Part shown: positions 10,441 to 24,300 of the stretch, piece by piece
Layout: every line of letters starts with the position of its first letter
Numbering within the stretch: the stretch's first letter is position 1
Position numbers and translations under genes: made by a program
Notes under the pieces: model-generated
Database searches by the model: none
What the model was told of the DNA's origin: nothing
The model's input: the letters and a program-made list of their open reading frames with translations, nothing else
Assembly: GCA_964016885.1 (NCBI GenBank)
Contig: OZ024740.1
Location: 293,756,001 to 293,820,000, forward strand
DNA from: Eledone cirrhosa
Taxonomy: Eukaryota
Direction: 5' to 3'
Length of the DNA stretch: 64,000 nt

Positions 10441-13310
10441 CAGGTGGTGGTTAGCCCTGAAAAGGGCAATTAAAGTAGAGTCGATTAGGTTTAGCAAAGG
10501 AGTAATGATAGAGGAAAATAGAGTAGAGGGAGAGCTAGTCAGAAAGCTAGAAGAGGCGTTTAGGACAGGCATCGCAACCGACGTGCTTGCGACGAGATTG
10601 GCACTCGACCAATTCTTCAACGCAAAACACGAAGGCTGCGTTGTCAGAGCAAGAGCGCGTGCTCTGAAATACGAGGGGACAAAAGCCGTCCAATGGGCCC
10701 GGGTGGCAGAGGCGCGACGTGGCAACAAAGCCACAATTCGGTCTTTGTCTGACCAAAACGGATGCGTGATGCTCGAACCCGAGCGGATGTGTGAAGCTTT
10801 TCAGCAGCAATTTGCTGAACTGTTCGGGAGCCCGGACCGGGGCATGGACTTCAGTGCATACCTCGACGGACTGCCTTGGCTCTCGACGACCGCAGCACAG
10901 TGTTGCGAAAAGCCAATAACAGCCGGTGAAATACGGGAAGCGATGGCTAACTGCACAAGGGTAAATCGCCAGGTTTGGATGGTCTGCCCTACGAGCTTTA
11001 TGCATTTATGCCAAACTTGTTCGGAGACCTCTTGGCAGACGTCTACTGCAACTGGCAGCAGAACGGGAGCATTCCCAGTTTTTTTAACCGGGGAGCAGTG
11101 GCGCTGCTGAGAAAAGACCCGAACAAGGGGGGTGTTATCGATAATTTCAGGCCCAAAACCCTGCTAAACGCAGAGTTCAAGATTTTGGCCAAGGTGTTAG
11201 CAACGAAGTTGGCGCTTGTTGTCAAGGGTCTGGTGGGAGAGGTGCATACATGCGCCATTCCGGACAGATCCATACACGACAACCTCCACCTCATGCGATA
11301 CATCATCGAGAGGGTGGTTAAGGAAACTGGCACGGGTGGAGCCCTGATCAACTTGGATCAATCCAAAGTATTCGATAGGGTCGACCATCGGTACCTGGCG
11401 GCGGTCCTCGAGGCAGCCGGTTTTGGGCCCGTTTTCAGGGGTTGGATCGCAGCAATGTACAGCGACATCTGCTCAGTTGTGAGGGTGAACGGTCACCTGT
11501 CGCAGCCGTTCAGCATCATGCGCTCAGTCCGCCAGGGTTGTCCCCTCTCGTCCCTCTTGTACGTATTGGCTCTCGAGCCGTTACTGCACAAACTGGGGGC
11601 GATGAGGGGCGTCCCACGCGAACTAGGATGCGGGAAATCCGAGTCGGCTTACGCCGACGACTTCACCCTGGTGGTGTCGAGCACCAGACACGTCCAGATG
11701 CTCGGCACCGCTCTCAAGGAATACGAAGCGGTGACAGGAGCAAAGATAAACCAGGAAAGTCGGTGGGCTTGCAGCTCGGCACCTGGAGAGGCAAGTCCAA
11801 GCCGTCCGACAGCGTCGTGGGGCGTTGGGTGGACGGACCGGTTAAATTGCACGAGGTCTGGTTCGGACCGGACCTCCAGATGGAGAAAAACTGGAACGAG
11901 GTGACGAGCAGGGTGGCCTCCCTCACCCAGAAATGGGCCGAGAGGAAGCTGTCCCTGAAAGGCCGCGCGGAGGTGGCGAATGCGTACATCGCATCCGTCA
12001 TCTGCTACCGCCTCACCGTCGTCCCTTGCTCCAGCCCAACTTTCACCAAAATGGAGCGTCTCCTCTTCCGCTTTTTGTGGAAGTGACGCGCTCCCATGGT
12101 CGGACGATCCATCTGCTGTTAACACCCGTTGCGTGGAGGACTGTGCATGCCATGGCTGATGATGCGCAAACATGCGCTGAGGCTGCGACATCTCTGGCGC
12201 TTCCTTGACGGTGAACAGGTGTGGTCGCCGTTCGCCAGGCACGTTTTACCACAGCTCGTCTCCTTGACGGAGCTGCAGTCCTGGGTCAGAAAAAGACCGA
12301 GGCATAGCGCTTGGAAACTGGATTGTCTCCAGGCGCTCACTGCCTTCTGCCAGCTGGGCACCAGTATCGGTGGAACATCCACCTCGGCGTTCTATAGAAG
12401 ACTAGTGGAGGGGAAGAGCGACAGCATTCTCGGAGAGATCCTGGGCGTCGAAGAAGATCAGCTGTTTGCTCTCTTCCGGAGAACTTTCAGCCCAGGGCCT
12501 ATGGATAACTTCCAAAAATCCCTGGCCTGGCAGTGCTACCGGGGAGCGCTGCCGGTTCGAGATAAGCTCTACAGGCACGGAAGTGTCGTCAGCCGAGCCT
12601 GTCCGAGATGCGCGCAGAGCGACGAAACCGTCGTGCACGCCCTCGTTCAGTGCCCGAGCATTGCTGACTTGTGGAGCTATGTCGAACAGTTGCTGTCGCG
12701 TGTGGGACTGATCCGGTTATCGACTGAGTCCATTGTGCAGATGGTCTTGCCGTCTTCCTTCGAGGAGGAAGGGCAGGCGGTTTTCATCTGCCTGGTGGCC
12801 ATGGCGAAAGAGATTGTGTGGTGGACAAGGTTAAAAGGGTTAAAGACAGACACTTTCCTCTTCGGCGAATTCCTAATTAACTTTTTCAAGTTTCACTTGA
12901 AGAGGAAAATCAGGGTGGAGAGGCAAGTGCTGTGTTCTAGCAAGTTTATTGAAAGGTGGATAAATGTAGCGAGAATGGTCCGAGTGAACGGGGCCGCTCT
13001 GAATATACGTCTGTAGTTTGAGAATTGGAAAAATTGAGAGAGCGCGCTTGCCCTGGTGGTCAGGGTGGCCGTGGTCTTTTGTGTGGTTTTCTCCACGAGT
13101 AACCCTCGGAGGTTTCCCCCCTATTGGGGAATTTTTCATTGTTTCAATTTTCATTTTTATTGTTTATATATATATGTTTCTATGTCCTTTTTTTTCTTTT
13201 CTTATATAAATAATAAAAATATTTACATGCACAAAACCCACATCGTACCGTCCTGTGCCGTCTGTAATGTTTTTCTTGATGTCAGCCCTTGTGGCCAATA
13301 AAGAAATCAT
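10441..13310 (+). mobile_element. L1/Tx1-clade LINE, 5'-truncated ORF2 (RT plus C-terminal zinc knuckle), disrupted
   Basis: ORFs 10505-11110, 10975-11904, 11442-12086 and 12129-13016 tile one protein: GLPYELY, NFRP..LLN, LDQSKVFDRVDH, VRQGCPLS, AYADD, CPRC..ETVVHALVQC. AATAAA near 13297. Confidence 0.9.
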
Positions 13311-13352
13311 TAATAATTATTAATAGTGTATTATTATTATTATTATTATTAT

Positions 13353-16173
13353 TTGCATTTATCTTGCTTTATGTTCATACGAGTTATCACCAAGTCACAA
13401 CCAGTGACCTCAAGAGACAACAAGGTCCGCCATGTTCAAGAAAGAACATACATATTCACACATGCATCCTTAGTGTTTAGACTTGTGATGTACTTATATT
13501 GACAGGATCTTCCTTAGTATATGGGCAGTTCCCATTAGTACTATCTTTTGTATTTCTCCTATACGCGGGTTTCCTGGGATTTGCGATAAGTAGTCGTTAG
13601 ACCCCTTAGGTATCATTCCCAGAGCGCCTACAACCACTGGTATTGTTTTAGTTCTCAATTTCCACATTTTTCCAATTTCTATCTCCAGGTCCTTATACTT
13701 GCTCAATTTTTCAAATGTTTTTATAGATACATTCTTGTCTATTGGAACAGACATATCAATTAGCAGGTATACCCTCCTTTGAAAGTCCTTCAATATTATA
13801 TCAGGTCTATTTGCATCTATTTTTCGGTCTGTTTGGATGCTAAAGTTCCACAAGATTGAGATGTGATCTTTTTCAAGTATGGGAGGTGGTTGATGCTCCC
13901 ATCAATTCTTTTGATGGGGCAGGTCAAAATGCTTACACATTATCCAATGTATGTATTGTGCAGCTCTGTCATGCCTGTTTAGGTATTCGGTTGGAGCTAT
14001 AGGACTGCACATTGAAATTATATGGTCAATGGTCTCTGGTTGTTTTTTTCATACACGGCATAATGGGCTGCACCCATTTTTTATTATGTTGGCTTGGTAA
14101 TTTTTTGTTGGCAGACACTGATCTTGTGCCGATATAATCAGTCCTTCAGTCTCCGATTTCAGTCCAGAGGATGCCAACCACTGATGGGTTAAAGTTTTGT
14201 CAACATCAGGATTGTTAGCTCGCTCTGGGTATTTTCCATACAGAGGCTTTTCTTGCCATTTCTTAGCCAGTTTCTGTAGCAGTTCTTTCTTTGCAGTTAC
14301 TTTTACCTGCTTTGCTTTTTCTGTGTTTTCCATTTCAGCATTAAATGGGACTTCTGAAATTTGTAGTCCATTACTGTATCTTTGTGCATCTTTTGTAATG
14401 GAATATGATCTTTTGGTGCTTTCGTGTTTCAAAACGAGTTTGATCATCCAATCATGTGATTCCCTTAGATATGTGGATAATCCAATTGTTGCAGTTTTCA
14501 ACGCAATGTCTAACTGGATTAACCCACGTCTTCCTTCTTTCCTAGGGAGATATATTCTATCTATGTCTGCCTTAGGGTGATGCATTCTGTGCATGGTTAA
14601 GAATTTTCGGATTTTTGTATCGAGCCTACGGATCTCTGTGCTTGACCAGTTGATGACATTGTAACTGTAGGTTACTACTGGTATGGCAAGCGTGTTTATG
14701 GCATCGATCCTATTCCTTGCATTCAATTCCGTTCTTAAGATTGCTCTGACTCTGCGGTAACATTCCTTCCTTATCCTTTCCCTCATTGTCGAGTGCTTGA
14801 TTCCGTCTCCTTCACAAACACCTAGATATTTGTAAGTTTTTTCTTGATCAAGCTCTCTTATCACGTTCCCCCGATCAAGATTAATGTCTGAACTCTTCAG
14901 CAGCTTTCCTCTGGTGAACGTTGCTTTGGCGCATTTATCCAGTCCAAACTCCATTTTAATGTCATCACTGAACTGCTTCACAGTGGATAATAGCCCTTGC
15001 AATTGTTCATCATTTTTTGCAAATAGTTTCAGGTCATCCATGTAGAACAGGTGATTAATGGTTTTGTCATAGACTCTATATCCATGTTTTGTTTCATTGA
15101 GCATTTTACTTAATGGTATAAGTGCGATGCAGAATAAAAGCGGTGATAAAGAGTCACCCTGAAAAATTCCACAATTAATATTAACTTCTCCAGCTTCCAG
15201 TGATTTTGTTTCACTATTCAAAAGGAGTGTCGTTCTCCATGTCCTCATACTGAATGACAAAAACCTCCTGACAACGGGGGATATTTTGAAAATCTCTAAA
15301 CATTTTTCAATCCAACTGTGTGGCAAACTATCGAATGCTTTTTTATAATCTATCCAAGCAATCGATAGATTTTTGTGTCTATTATGACAATCTTCCAGTA
15401 TCATTTTGTTAACCAGAAGCTGATCCTTACAGCCATATGAGCCTCGTTTACACCCTTTCTGCTCAATGGGAAATAGGTCATTTGTTATCAGGTGGTCATA
15501 TGTGTATTCAGTTAGGACTGATGTTAAAATTTTATACATTGTGGTCAAGCAGGTTATCGGTCTGTAATTTTTGGGATTGTTTGTCTCATCATTCTTCGGT
15601 AGCAGGAATGTAATGCCGTTAACTAGCCATGATGTTATCTTTTCTGGCTCCTTAACTATTTCATTGTAAAGTTGGGCTAACAGCTCATGAGACTCTGTGA
15701 AGGCATTTATCCAAAAGTTTTGTATTTTGTCTTTTCCTGGGGATTTCCATTTGCTGGTTTTTCTTAGAGCCAAGCGCAGCTGTTCAACTGTTATATTTTC
15801 CCATGTTTGTTCTTCAAGGTGAGCTGTTTCTTTCATTTGTCTGTCTATCCATGGGGCATGTATGTTATGAACTTTTTCTTCGGCCCAGATCTTTTCCCAG
15901 AATTCTTGCACTTCCTCCTTGGGTGGTATTGATTTAGCAGTTATTGTTGACTTACCAATTTTTCTGTAGAAGTTTCTTTGGTTGTTTTTGAACATATTAT
16001 TGTCCTTATAGAATCTAGATCGTTTTTCAAAGCGCCTTATACGAGCAGCTTTGGCCGACACTTTTTGCTTGATTGTTTCTATCAGCATGTCTATGTCACA
16101 TGTTGATCTTATACTGTACTTTTTTTTCAATTTTCTAAGTTTAGTTTGTTTAACATGTTCACCTACTTTATAG

Positions 16174-16175
<2 letters not shown>
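13353..16175 (-). mobile_element. Dong/R4-clade LINE (RT, CCHC knuckle, restriction-like endonuclease), 5'-truncated
   Basis: WIDYKKAFDS, GIFQGDSLSP, HLFYMDDLK, CRV*..ETIDHIISMC, RPDI..D....EKLSKY. ORFs 14049-16130 and 13494-13853 share a frame, separated by two TGA stops. (TAA)n on both flanks. Confidence 0.9.
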
Positions 16176-16218
<43 letters not shown>

Positions 16219-16249
16219 GTTGTTGTTGTTACTATTATTATTACTTTTT

Positions 16250-19200
16250 TTTTCCAAATTCAATGATGTTCCAGAACAATATAAAAGAGATAATTGGCAA
16301 TTTAGGTTCTGGAACAAAAAAGATAATTGGCAATAAGGGCAGGGGCCCCAGGTTATCACAGCCTGGGACCGCTCGTTATCGTGCCATTGTAATAGAGCCA
16401 AACAAGGCATTTAGTCTTGGCTGCTAGAACGTACGGACGCTGATTGACAGGGATTCCTTAGAGTGTCCTGAACGAAGGACCGCTCTTGTTGCAAAGGAGC
16501 TTCGACGTTACGATCTTGACATCGTGGCGGCTTTATCTGAGACGAGGTTAGCTGGAGATGGTCATCTTACAGAATTTTGTGGAGAATATACATTCTTCTG
16601 GAAAGGAAGAGATGAAGGAACCAGAAGAGAGGCTGGGGTAGGATTTGCTGTTAAGACTGTTCTTGTGAATAAATTAGAAGAATTCCCAGTAGGGATCAGT
16701 GAACGTCTTATGTCCGTGAGAGTTCCGCTGGACAAAGGAAGATATGCGACCCTGGTGAGTGTGTATGCTCCAACTATGAATTCTGTCAATGAAGAAAAAG
16801 TGTCCTTTTACCATGCCTTGAAAGGTGTTTTAAGAAATATCCCTCAGGCAGACAAAGTCATCGTGCTTGGTGAATTTAATGCTAGAGTGGGTAGGGATTT
16901 TAACACATGGAATGTAATCGGAAGGCATGGGGTGGGAAAGTGTAACAACAATGGTATGCTCCTGCTGCAGATGTGTGAGGAGCTGGATCTGTGTGTTACC
17001 AACACCATGTTCCAACAACAGAACAAATTCAAGACCACATGGATGCATCCTGCATCTAAGGAATGGCATATTTTGGACTACGTCCTAGTCAGGATGCGTG
17101 ACAGACAGGATGTGCAGTGTGTTCGAGCTCTTCGTGGAACTGAGTGCTGGACAGACCACCGCCTGGTACGCGCAAAAGTGAAACTAATCACTAAACGTAA
17201 AATCCGGGCTCCTGGTGCTGCCCTGCCCAAAAGATTGAATGCTGCTCGTATTAAGGATAAAAATGTGAAGAGTACATTGGAAGAAGAGATGCAGGCTGCA
17301 GATCTTGGTGAGGATTGGCCGATCCTAAAAAAGTCGGTTTATGATGTAGGCAGGCGTGTTCTGGGATTGACGTAGAGGAAACATCAGGACTGGTTTGATA
17401 AGAATGATGTACATATAGAAGATTTGTTGGCTGATAAGAGGCGTGCTCTGTCACGCAACTTGACGGCAAAACCACAGGAAAGGAATACGTAGCATAAGGA
17501 AGTGAAGGATGTGAAATCACGTGTTAGACGGAGTCTTTCTCAGATGAAGGATCACTGGTGGGGTGAGAAGGCTGGTGAGATACAAACTGCGTCAGATTCC
17601 AATAACACAAAGCTGTTGTACAGTCTCTTGCGTGAGGTTTATGGAGCGTCTTCTTCTCTGGTGACACCGCTTCGCAGCAAGGATGGCAAAGAACTTCTTC
17701 GTGACTCACAAGGAATTCTACGAAGGTGGCGAGAGCACTTTGATGATCTTTTGAATCAGCCGTCTGTCATCAGTGAAGATTTCCTCAATCTCATTCCAGA
17801 AAGTCCTGTGACAGTAGCTCTCGCAGAACATCCGACGCTGGTGGAGGTTGCAGTGGCTATCTCGAAGCTGAACAGTGGAAGGTCTCCAGGTATGGATGGC
17901 ATACATGCTGAGCTCCTACAATATGGTGGTGAGAGACTCCTGCAACATCTTCACTCTTTGTTTGGAAGGATATGGGCTAATGAATCCGTACCTGAGGACT
18001 GGAGAGATGCAGTAATGGTGGTCTTGTACAAGGGAAAGGGTAACAGGAATGTTTGTGGGAACTACAGAGGTATATCATTGCTTTCTGTCGTAGGGAAAGT
18101 TTTATGTAGGGTGCTTTTTGGACCGTGTGCTGACACACATTGCAGATTGTGTTCTTCCTGAAAGTCAATCTGGTTTTCGTGCTGGATGCGGTACTACTGA
18201 TATGATCTTCTCGGCTAGACAGCTCCAGAAGAGGTGCATGGAACAAGGTTTGGATCTGTATCAGGATTTTGTCGATCTGACAAAAGCTTTCGATACTGTT
18301 AACAGAGATGCATTATGGAAGGTTCTCCAGAAACTTGGTTGCCCTGATAAGTTCCTTGCTTTAGTTAGGTCTTTCCATGACGACATGAAGGCTTGGGTTA
18401 ATGTCGGAGGTAACATGTCGGAGCCTATCTCAGTAAAAAATGGAGTGAAACAGGGGGATATTCCAGCACCGACCCTGTTTGCCATATACTTTGCAATGGT
18501 TTTCTGTATTGCATTCAGGAATTGAGAGCATAGTGTTTACATCCGATATCGAACCTGAGGCAGCATATTTAACATCAGGCGCTTTGCTGCAAAGACAAAA
18601 GTATTTACATCAATCATAAGAGACCTCTTGTATGCAGATGATTGCGATCTTGTAGCGCACAGAGAGAGTGATATGTAGCACATTTTGAATGCATTGAATG
18701 CTTGCACTGCCCTAGGATTGACTGTCAGTCTCAAGAAAACCGTCGTCATGTACCAACCTGCCCCTGGTAAGCAGTACACTGAACCAAACATCTATGTGTA
18801 TGGTAAACGACTTGGAGTGGTTGATCAGTTTGTCTACCTGGGAAGCACTGTCAATCGATACGGCAACCTTGATAGTGAAATCTCACTAAGGATTAGGAAA
18901 GCAAGTGATGCTTTCGGAAAGCTAGAAAGGCGACTCTGGGGTCGGCGAGACATATGCAGGAGGACAAAGGTAAAGGCGTACAAGGCATGTGTGCTCTCTT
19001 GTCTTCTTTATGCCTGCGAGACCTGGGTCACATATCAACACCACCTTAAGCAATTGGAGCGTTTCCATCAGATGTGTCTCAGACGGATCCATGGCGTTCA
19101 CTGGAGGGACCACATCAGTGATGTCGAGATTTGGAAAGCTCTATGTGTGTCAGTATAGAAGCTCTTGTGCTTCAGCAACGACTCCATTGGAGTGGTCACC

Positions 19201-20082
19201 TTGCCAGGATGAAGGATTCTAGAATACCAAAACAACTCTTTTATGGAGAGTTAATTAAAGGAAAACGACCGCCACATAAACCAAAAAAGAGGTATAAGGA
19301 TTCCTTGAAGGCCTCTCTGAAAGACGCTAACATCTCTGCTGATACATGGGAGAATATTGCTGCTGATCGTAATAAATGGAGAAAGACTGTATATGAGGGA
19401 AAAGTTGCCTTTGAGGCATCTCGAATCGCATACGAGAAAGTAAAGCGGGATGTGAGGAAGGGTATTGCTGTTGCACTTCCAGACGGCGAGGGTCCTCCTA
19501 TGGTGCTGACATGCAGCGTCTGTGCGAGACTCTGCCTAAGCAAAGCTGGGCTCGAAAGTCATCTTCGCAGTCATAAAGTAAGACCAGTGGTTGACTACCA
19601 GGCTGCTGTTGGAGATGCTACTCATCATGCTTGCCAAGCATGTGGTAGAGAATGTAAATCAGCAGGAGGGCTCAAGCGACATGCAAAAGTACATCAACTC
19701 CTACCACAGCCGGCTATTCCCAGTGAATGTTTTGGTTGCCAACACTGTGCAAGATATTTTAGATCATTGGCTGGGCTAAAAATCCACATTCGATCGCAGC
19801 GCTGTTAGTTGCTATCGTGTGTGTGTGTGTGTATAGATATGTTTATGCGTGTGCGTGTGTGTGTATATAAATATGTATATGTATATTATTATTGTTGTTG
19901 TTGTCGTTATTATTATTGTTGTTATTATTGTTATTATTATTATTATTATTATTAATATATGTGTATGCATATGTATGTATGTGTGTGTATATATATTTTT
20001 TTAATTTTTTTTTTAATTTTTTTAAATTTAAAATTTTTTTTTTTCTCGTGCAATGGCCATACTCGATAACGAGGGGGCAGCG
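16250..20082 (+). mobile_element. RTE (BovB-like) LINE: APE endonuclease, RT, three C2H2 fingers; decayed
   Basis: NVRTL, ALSETR, SVYAPT, FNARVG, TDHRLV (APE); FVDLTKAFDTV, GVKQG, YADD (RT); several stops and frameshifts. Terminal stem-loop-like segment at 20045-20082 follows microsatellites. Confidence 0.9.
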
Positions 20083-20092
20083 TATGTATATG

Positions 20093-20184
<92 letters not shown>

Positions 20185-20186
<2 letters not shown>

Positions 20187-20950
20187 GAAAATAAAACAAA
20201 GAAGCCTTCAATACATCAAAAGTCTTTATTAGCCAACAATGTTTCGTCCTGTTAAGGACTCATCAGGGCAATCAAAACCACAAGAAGTACTATCGGCCAA
20301 TACAATTCCTACTATGCTTATTTATATTTTAACTCTTAATAAGGTTTAATTTGTGCTGTTAATGATGGATATGTGTATTGACGTATATGTATGTGTGCGT
20401 ACGTGTGCGTACACATATATGTATGTATATTGTGCCTTTTAATTTTTATTTTTAATTTTTAATTTTTAATTTTTATTTTTATTTTTATTTTAATTTTAAT
20501 TTTAATATTGTTACAAGTATATTATATTATATTATATTGTATTATATATAATTCCCGCTCTATATAACCACCTTTGTTTAGCTCTAGGTTTTTTTTGCTT
20601 TGGACTATATTTGTAATATGGTTCAAAATGTTATCCAACTCCTTAGTGATTTTTATTATATATTTTTACCCATAATCTTCCAATACTTTAGTGTATGTAC
20701 ACTCCATATTCTTCGGAGTTTTCGGCTTGTATTGGCCGATAGTACTTCTTGTGGTTTTGATTGCCCCGATGAGTCCTTAATAGGACGAAACATTGTTGGC
20801 TAATAAAGACTTGTGATGTATTGAAGGCTTCTTTGTTTTATTTTCATAATTCTTCGGCTCTGTTTAATTACATTGAGCTATACCTTTTACTGTCATTTCT
20901 ATAATACGAAGAGGGTGTTTAACTCCAACACGCTCCAGTATTTTAATCCC
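20185..20950. mobile_element. Penelope-like non-autonomous element with 121-bp inverted repeats carrying hammerhead motifs
   Basis: 20185-20305 is the near-perfect reverse complement of 20727-20847. (TA)n on both flanks. Confidence 0.7.
20229..20271 (-). ncRNA. Minimal type I hammerhead ribozyme (core intact)
   Basis: UUGCC-CUGAUGA-GUCC UUAACA GGAC-GAAA-C AUU GUU/GGCUAA. The plus-strand twin at 20761-20803 has CCGAUGA (U4C). Confidence 0.75.
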
Positions 20951-20976
20951 TATATATATATATATGTATGTATATG

Positions 20977-21027
<51 letters not shown>

Positions 21028-21305
21028 GTATATAGATGTATATGTATGAGGGTATATATATATGTATATGTATATATATGTATATGTATGAGGGTATATG
21101 TATATATATATTTATGTATGTATATGTATGTACATATATATATATGTATGTGTATGTATGTATATGTATGTATGTATGTGTGTGTATATGTATGTATATG
21201 TATGTATGTATATATATATAACTTTGAATAACTTTGAAATGTTTTGGCCAGTATTGGCCCAGGCCATGTCTAACTTAATAGCACCACCTGGCGAAGTCTT
21301 TCAAT

Positions 21306-24300
21306 TCAGGATTTGGGCACCATGGCCCATTCGAGAAGAGAATTACTGTTTGCGGAGACATATCCGGGTGTGGGTGGTTTGTCCGGGATTACTTGGAGGA
21401 ATTTGTCCAAAGACTTCTTGAATTTTGTGTGGTCAGTTTCTGTTTTGACGTGTCCTGGTGTGATGTTGAAGAGAGCAGGGCCGATTGAGGTGAAATAATT
21501 GTGCCGTATTGTTGTTATGAGTTGCGATTTAGATTTTTGAATGGGACGGATAGCACGGGGCCCAAGCCTTGGGTGTATCTTGAAGGCGATGCCAACATCA
21601 TTTGGGCAGTGATGATGGAACATTTTCCACATCATGCAGATAATATAACGCTCACGGCGACGTTGGAGTGAGTAAAGTTTCAGGTTTTCCAATCGACCCC
21701 AGTAGTCAAGGTCTGACATGCCATCTATCTTTTTCGTGATTGCCCTTTGAGGAGCTTCAAGTTTCATGATACTTTGTTTCGTGTGGGGAGACCACAGTGG
21801 ACAACAGTATTCAAGGTGTGGTCGGGCGAAAGTAGAGAAGAGAAGGATAATGGTGCGGGAATCTCTCGACTGGAAGGTTCTGAGGATCCAGGAACACATT
21901 CTGCGGGCCATGTCAACTTTGCTGCTTATATGCGTGGTCCAGCTTATGTTGCTGTCCACGGTTACTCCCAAGTCTCTGATGTTGTTAGATGCCACGAGAG
22001 TTTCCCCGGAGGGAAGGGAGTACGGGAGTTTCAGAGCATCCTCTTTTCCAAAGTGGATCAGTTCGAATTTGTCTTCGTTCAGTAACATGTTGTTCTTTTC
22101 TGCCCATTGGGTAACAGCCAGTAGGTCTGACTGAAGGCTTATCCGGTCATCCACGCCATTGATGACCTTTTGGAGCTTGGAATCATCAGCGAAAATTTTA
22201 ATGTTGCTGTGTTTGATGATGTCAGTGATGTCATTAATATAGATGATAAAGAGAAGTGGGCCCAACACAGTGCCTTGTGGCACCCCACTACTGACTTTGG
22301 CTGGGCTTGATTTGACTCCCTCAACTACAACATGTTGGGTTCTGTTTGACAGGAAGCTCTTGATCCACTGCAGCAGCTTTCCAGTGATACCAATATTGGA
22401 CAGCTTTCTCAGTAGAATGTTATGATCAACCCTGTCAAAGGCCTTGCTGAAATCAAGGTAGATAACATCAGTGTTGGAACCCTCTCCCAAGGCTCTCAAA
22501 ATGTCATCAAAGTGATGCAGTAGTTGCGTCAGGCAATCCCTTCCATTACGGAATCCATGCTGGTTGGAGTTCAGCATATTGTTACTCTCAAGGAAGTGGG
22601 TCATTCGCGATCTCACCACTCGCTCAAATACCTTAATGATATGAGAGGTGAGTGAGATTGGACGGTAATTCACGGCAAGGGATTTGTTTCCCTTTTTGAA
22701 AACTGGGACAACAGACTGGGATAGAAGGTTTTCTGGCACATATCCAGCATCCAGTGAGTTCCGCCACAGATTGGCAAGAGGAGAAGCAAGTTGGTGTTGA
22801 CACGCCTTCAAGACACAAGCAGGGAACCTATCGGGACCTACTGCTGAATTATGCTTGATTTCCTTTATTGCCGCCAAGACATCAGGGGCGCCAAACGTTA
22901 TGTCCGATAAGGTGTAATGGGGAGTAACATCGCCGATACAGCCCAGATCGGCCATATCAGGATTGCTGAAAACAGAGCAGTATTGTTTCTGCAGTATCTC
23001 ACCCATGGTTTTAGCATTGTCTTGAAGAGTGCCATTTTCATCAATTAGAGGGCCAACAGTAGAGCCAGTGATTTTGTGTTTTTTTGCAAATGAAAAGAAC
23101 ACTTTGGGATTGAGTTTGATCTTCTCAATGGCCCAGGCCTCTTCAGCTCTTCTCTGATTGTTGATGAGGGACATTATGTTATTTTGGAGGTTATGTTTTT
23201 TAATCTCTAGTGATGAAATGGCAGTCAAGTTGATGTGTTGCTGCTGACAGTATTTCAGCTTGTTGATTTTTTTGTTCGTTCTCTTAATTTTTCTGATGAG
23301 CGTTTTTCTATTTCTAGGGATTCTGCTCTTAGATTTGTTTATAGTTCTTAATGGGGTGTGTTTAGCACATATGTTTGTAACTGTCCACAAATGTCTGCCA
23401 GGACTTTTTGATGTTAGTGGGTGTATGAGTGTGCGTGAAGGACCAGTCGACATGTGCAAGATCATGACTGATCGCTTCCCAGTTTGCATTGTGGAAATCC
23501 ATAGCGTCAAACGGATGGACAGGAGAGATGACATTGGGTTTGTATATTGGACGGTGGAATCTCAGATCACAGAGAACCATGTCATGATCAGAGAGTAGAG
23601 TTTTCTCCACTGCAATATTGTGGATATTGTCAGTGTGATTGCTGAAAATTAAGTCTAGGACGTTTTTGTGGCACCTCGTTGGTTCGAGCACTAGTTGGGA
23701 TAGGAAGAAATCATCCATGAAGTCAAGAAGCGATTCCACAGCTTCCCTGTCAGAGGTTGAGTCAGAAGAACCTGGTGGCAGGGTGTTTGTGGACCAGTCA
23801 ACTCTGGGGAGGTTGAAGTCCCCCATCATTAAGATGTTGTCAGGGTGACACTCTTGGATGAAACACTTTATGCTGTTGAGGCATTCCTTGAAGCATGGTA
23901 CAGGCGTTTGGGGTGGCCTATAGAGCCCAACTACTAATAGGTTGTTGGTTTGACTGAATACAGTGACTGCCTCACAGTATCCATTAGTGAATATGTTCAT
24001 AGCCTCTGTTGAGAAAGAATTATGGACATAAATGGCAGTTCCGCCCTTTCTTCTGCCAGCGCGATCAGCACGGATGGCTTTGAAATTTTTCACTTTCACC
24101 TCGGCTTCCAAGTGGAGGTTACTGAGATGGGTTTCAGTGAGGACGAAGAAAGGGATGTGGTTTGGATGGACATCAATCCAGTCCTCCAGGAATTTGATCT
24201 TCCATTTTTGAGTATTGGTGGAAGGGCTGATGCCTTGGGCGTTAAGCAAAAATGTAGAGGCGAGAGTGGATGGTTTTAATTGTTTTGGTGTGTTGTTAAT

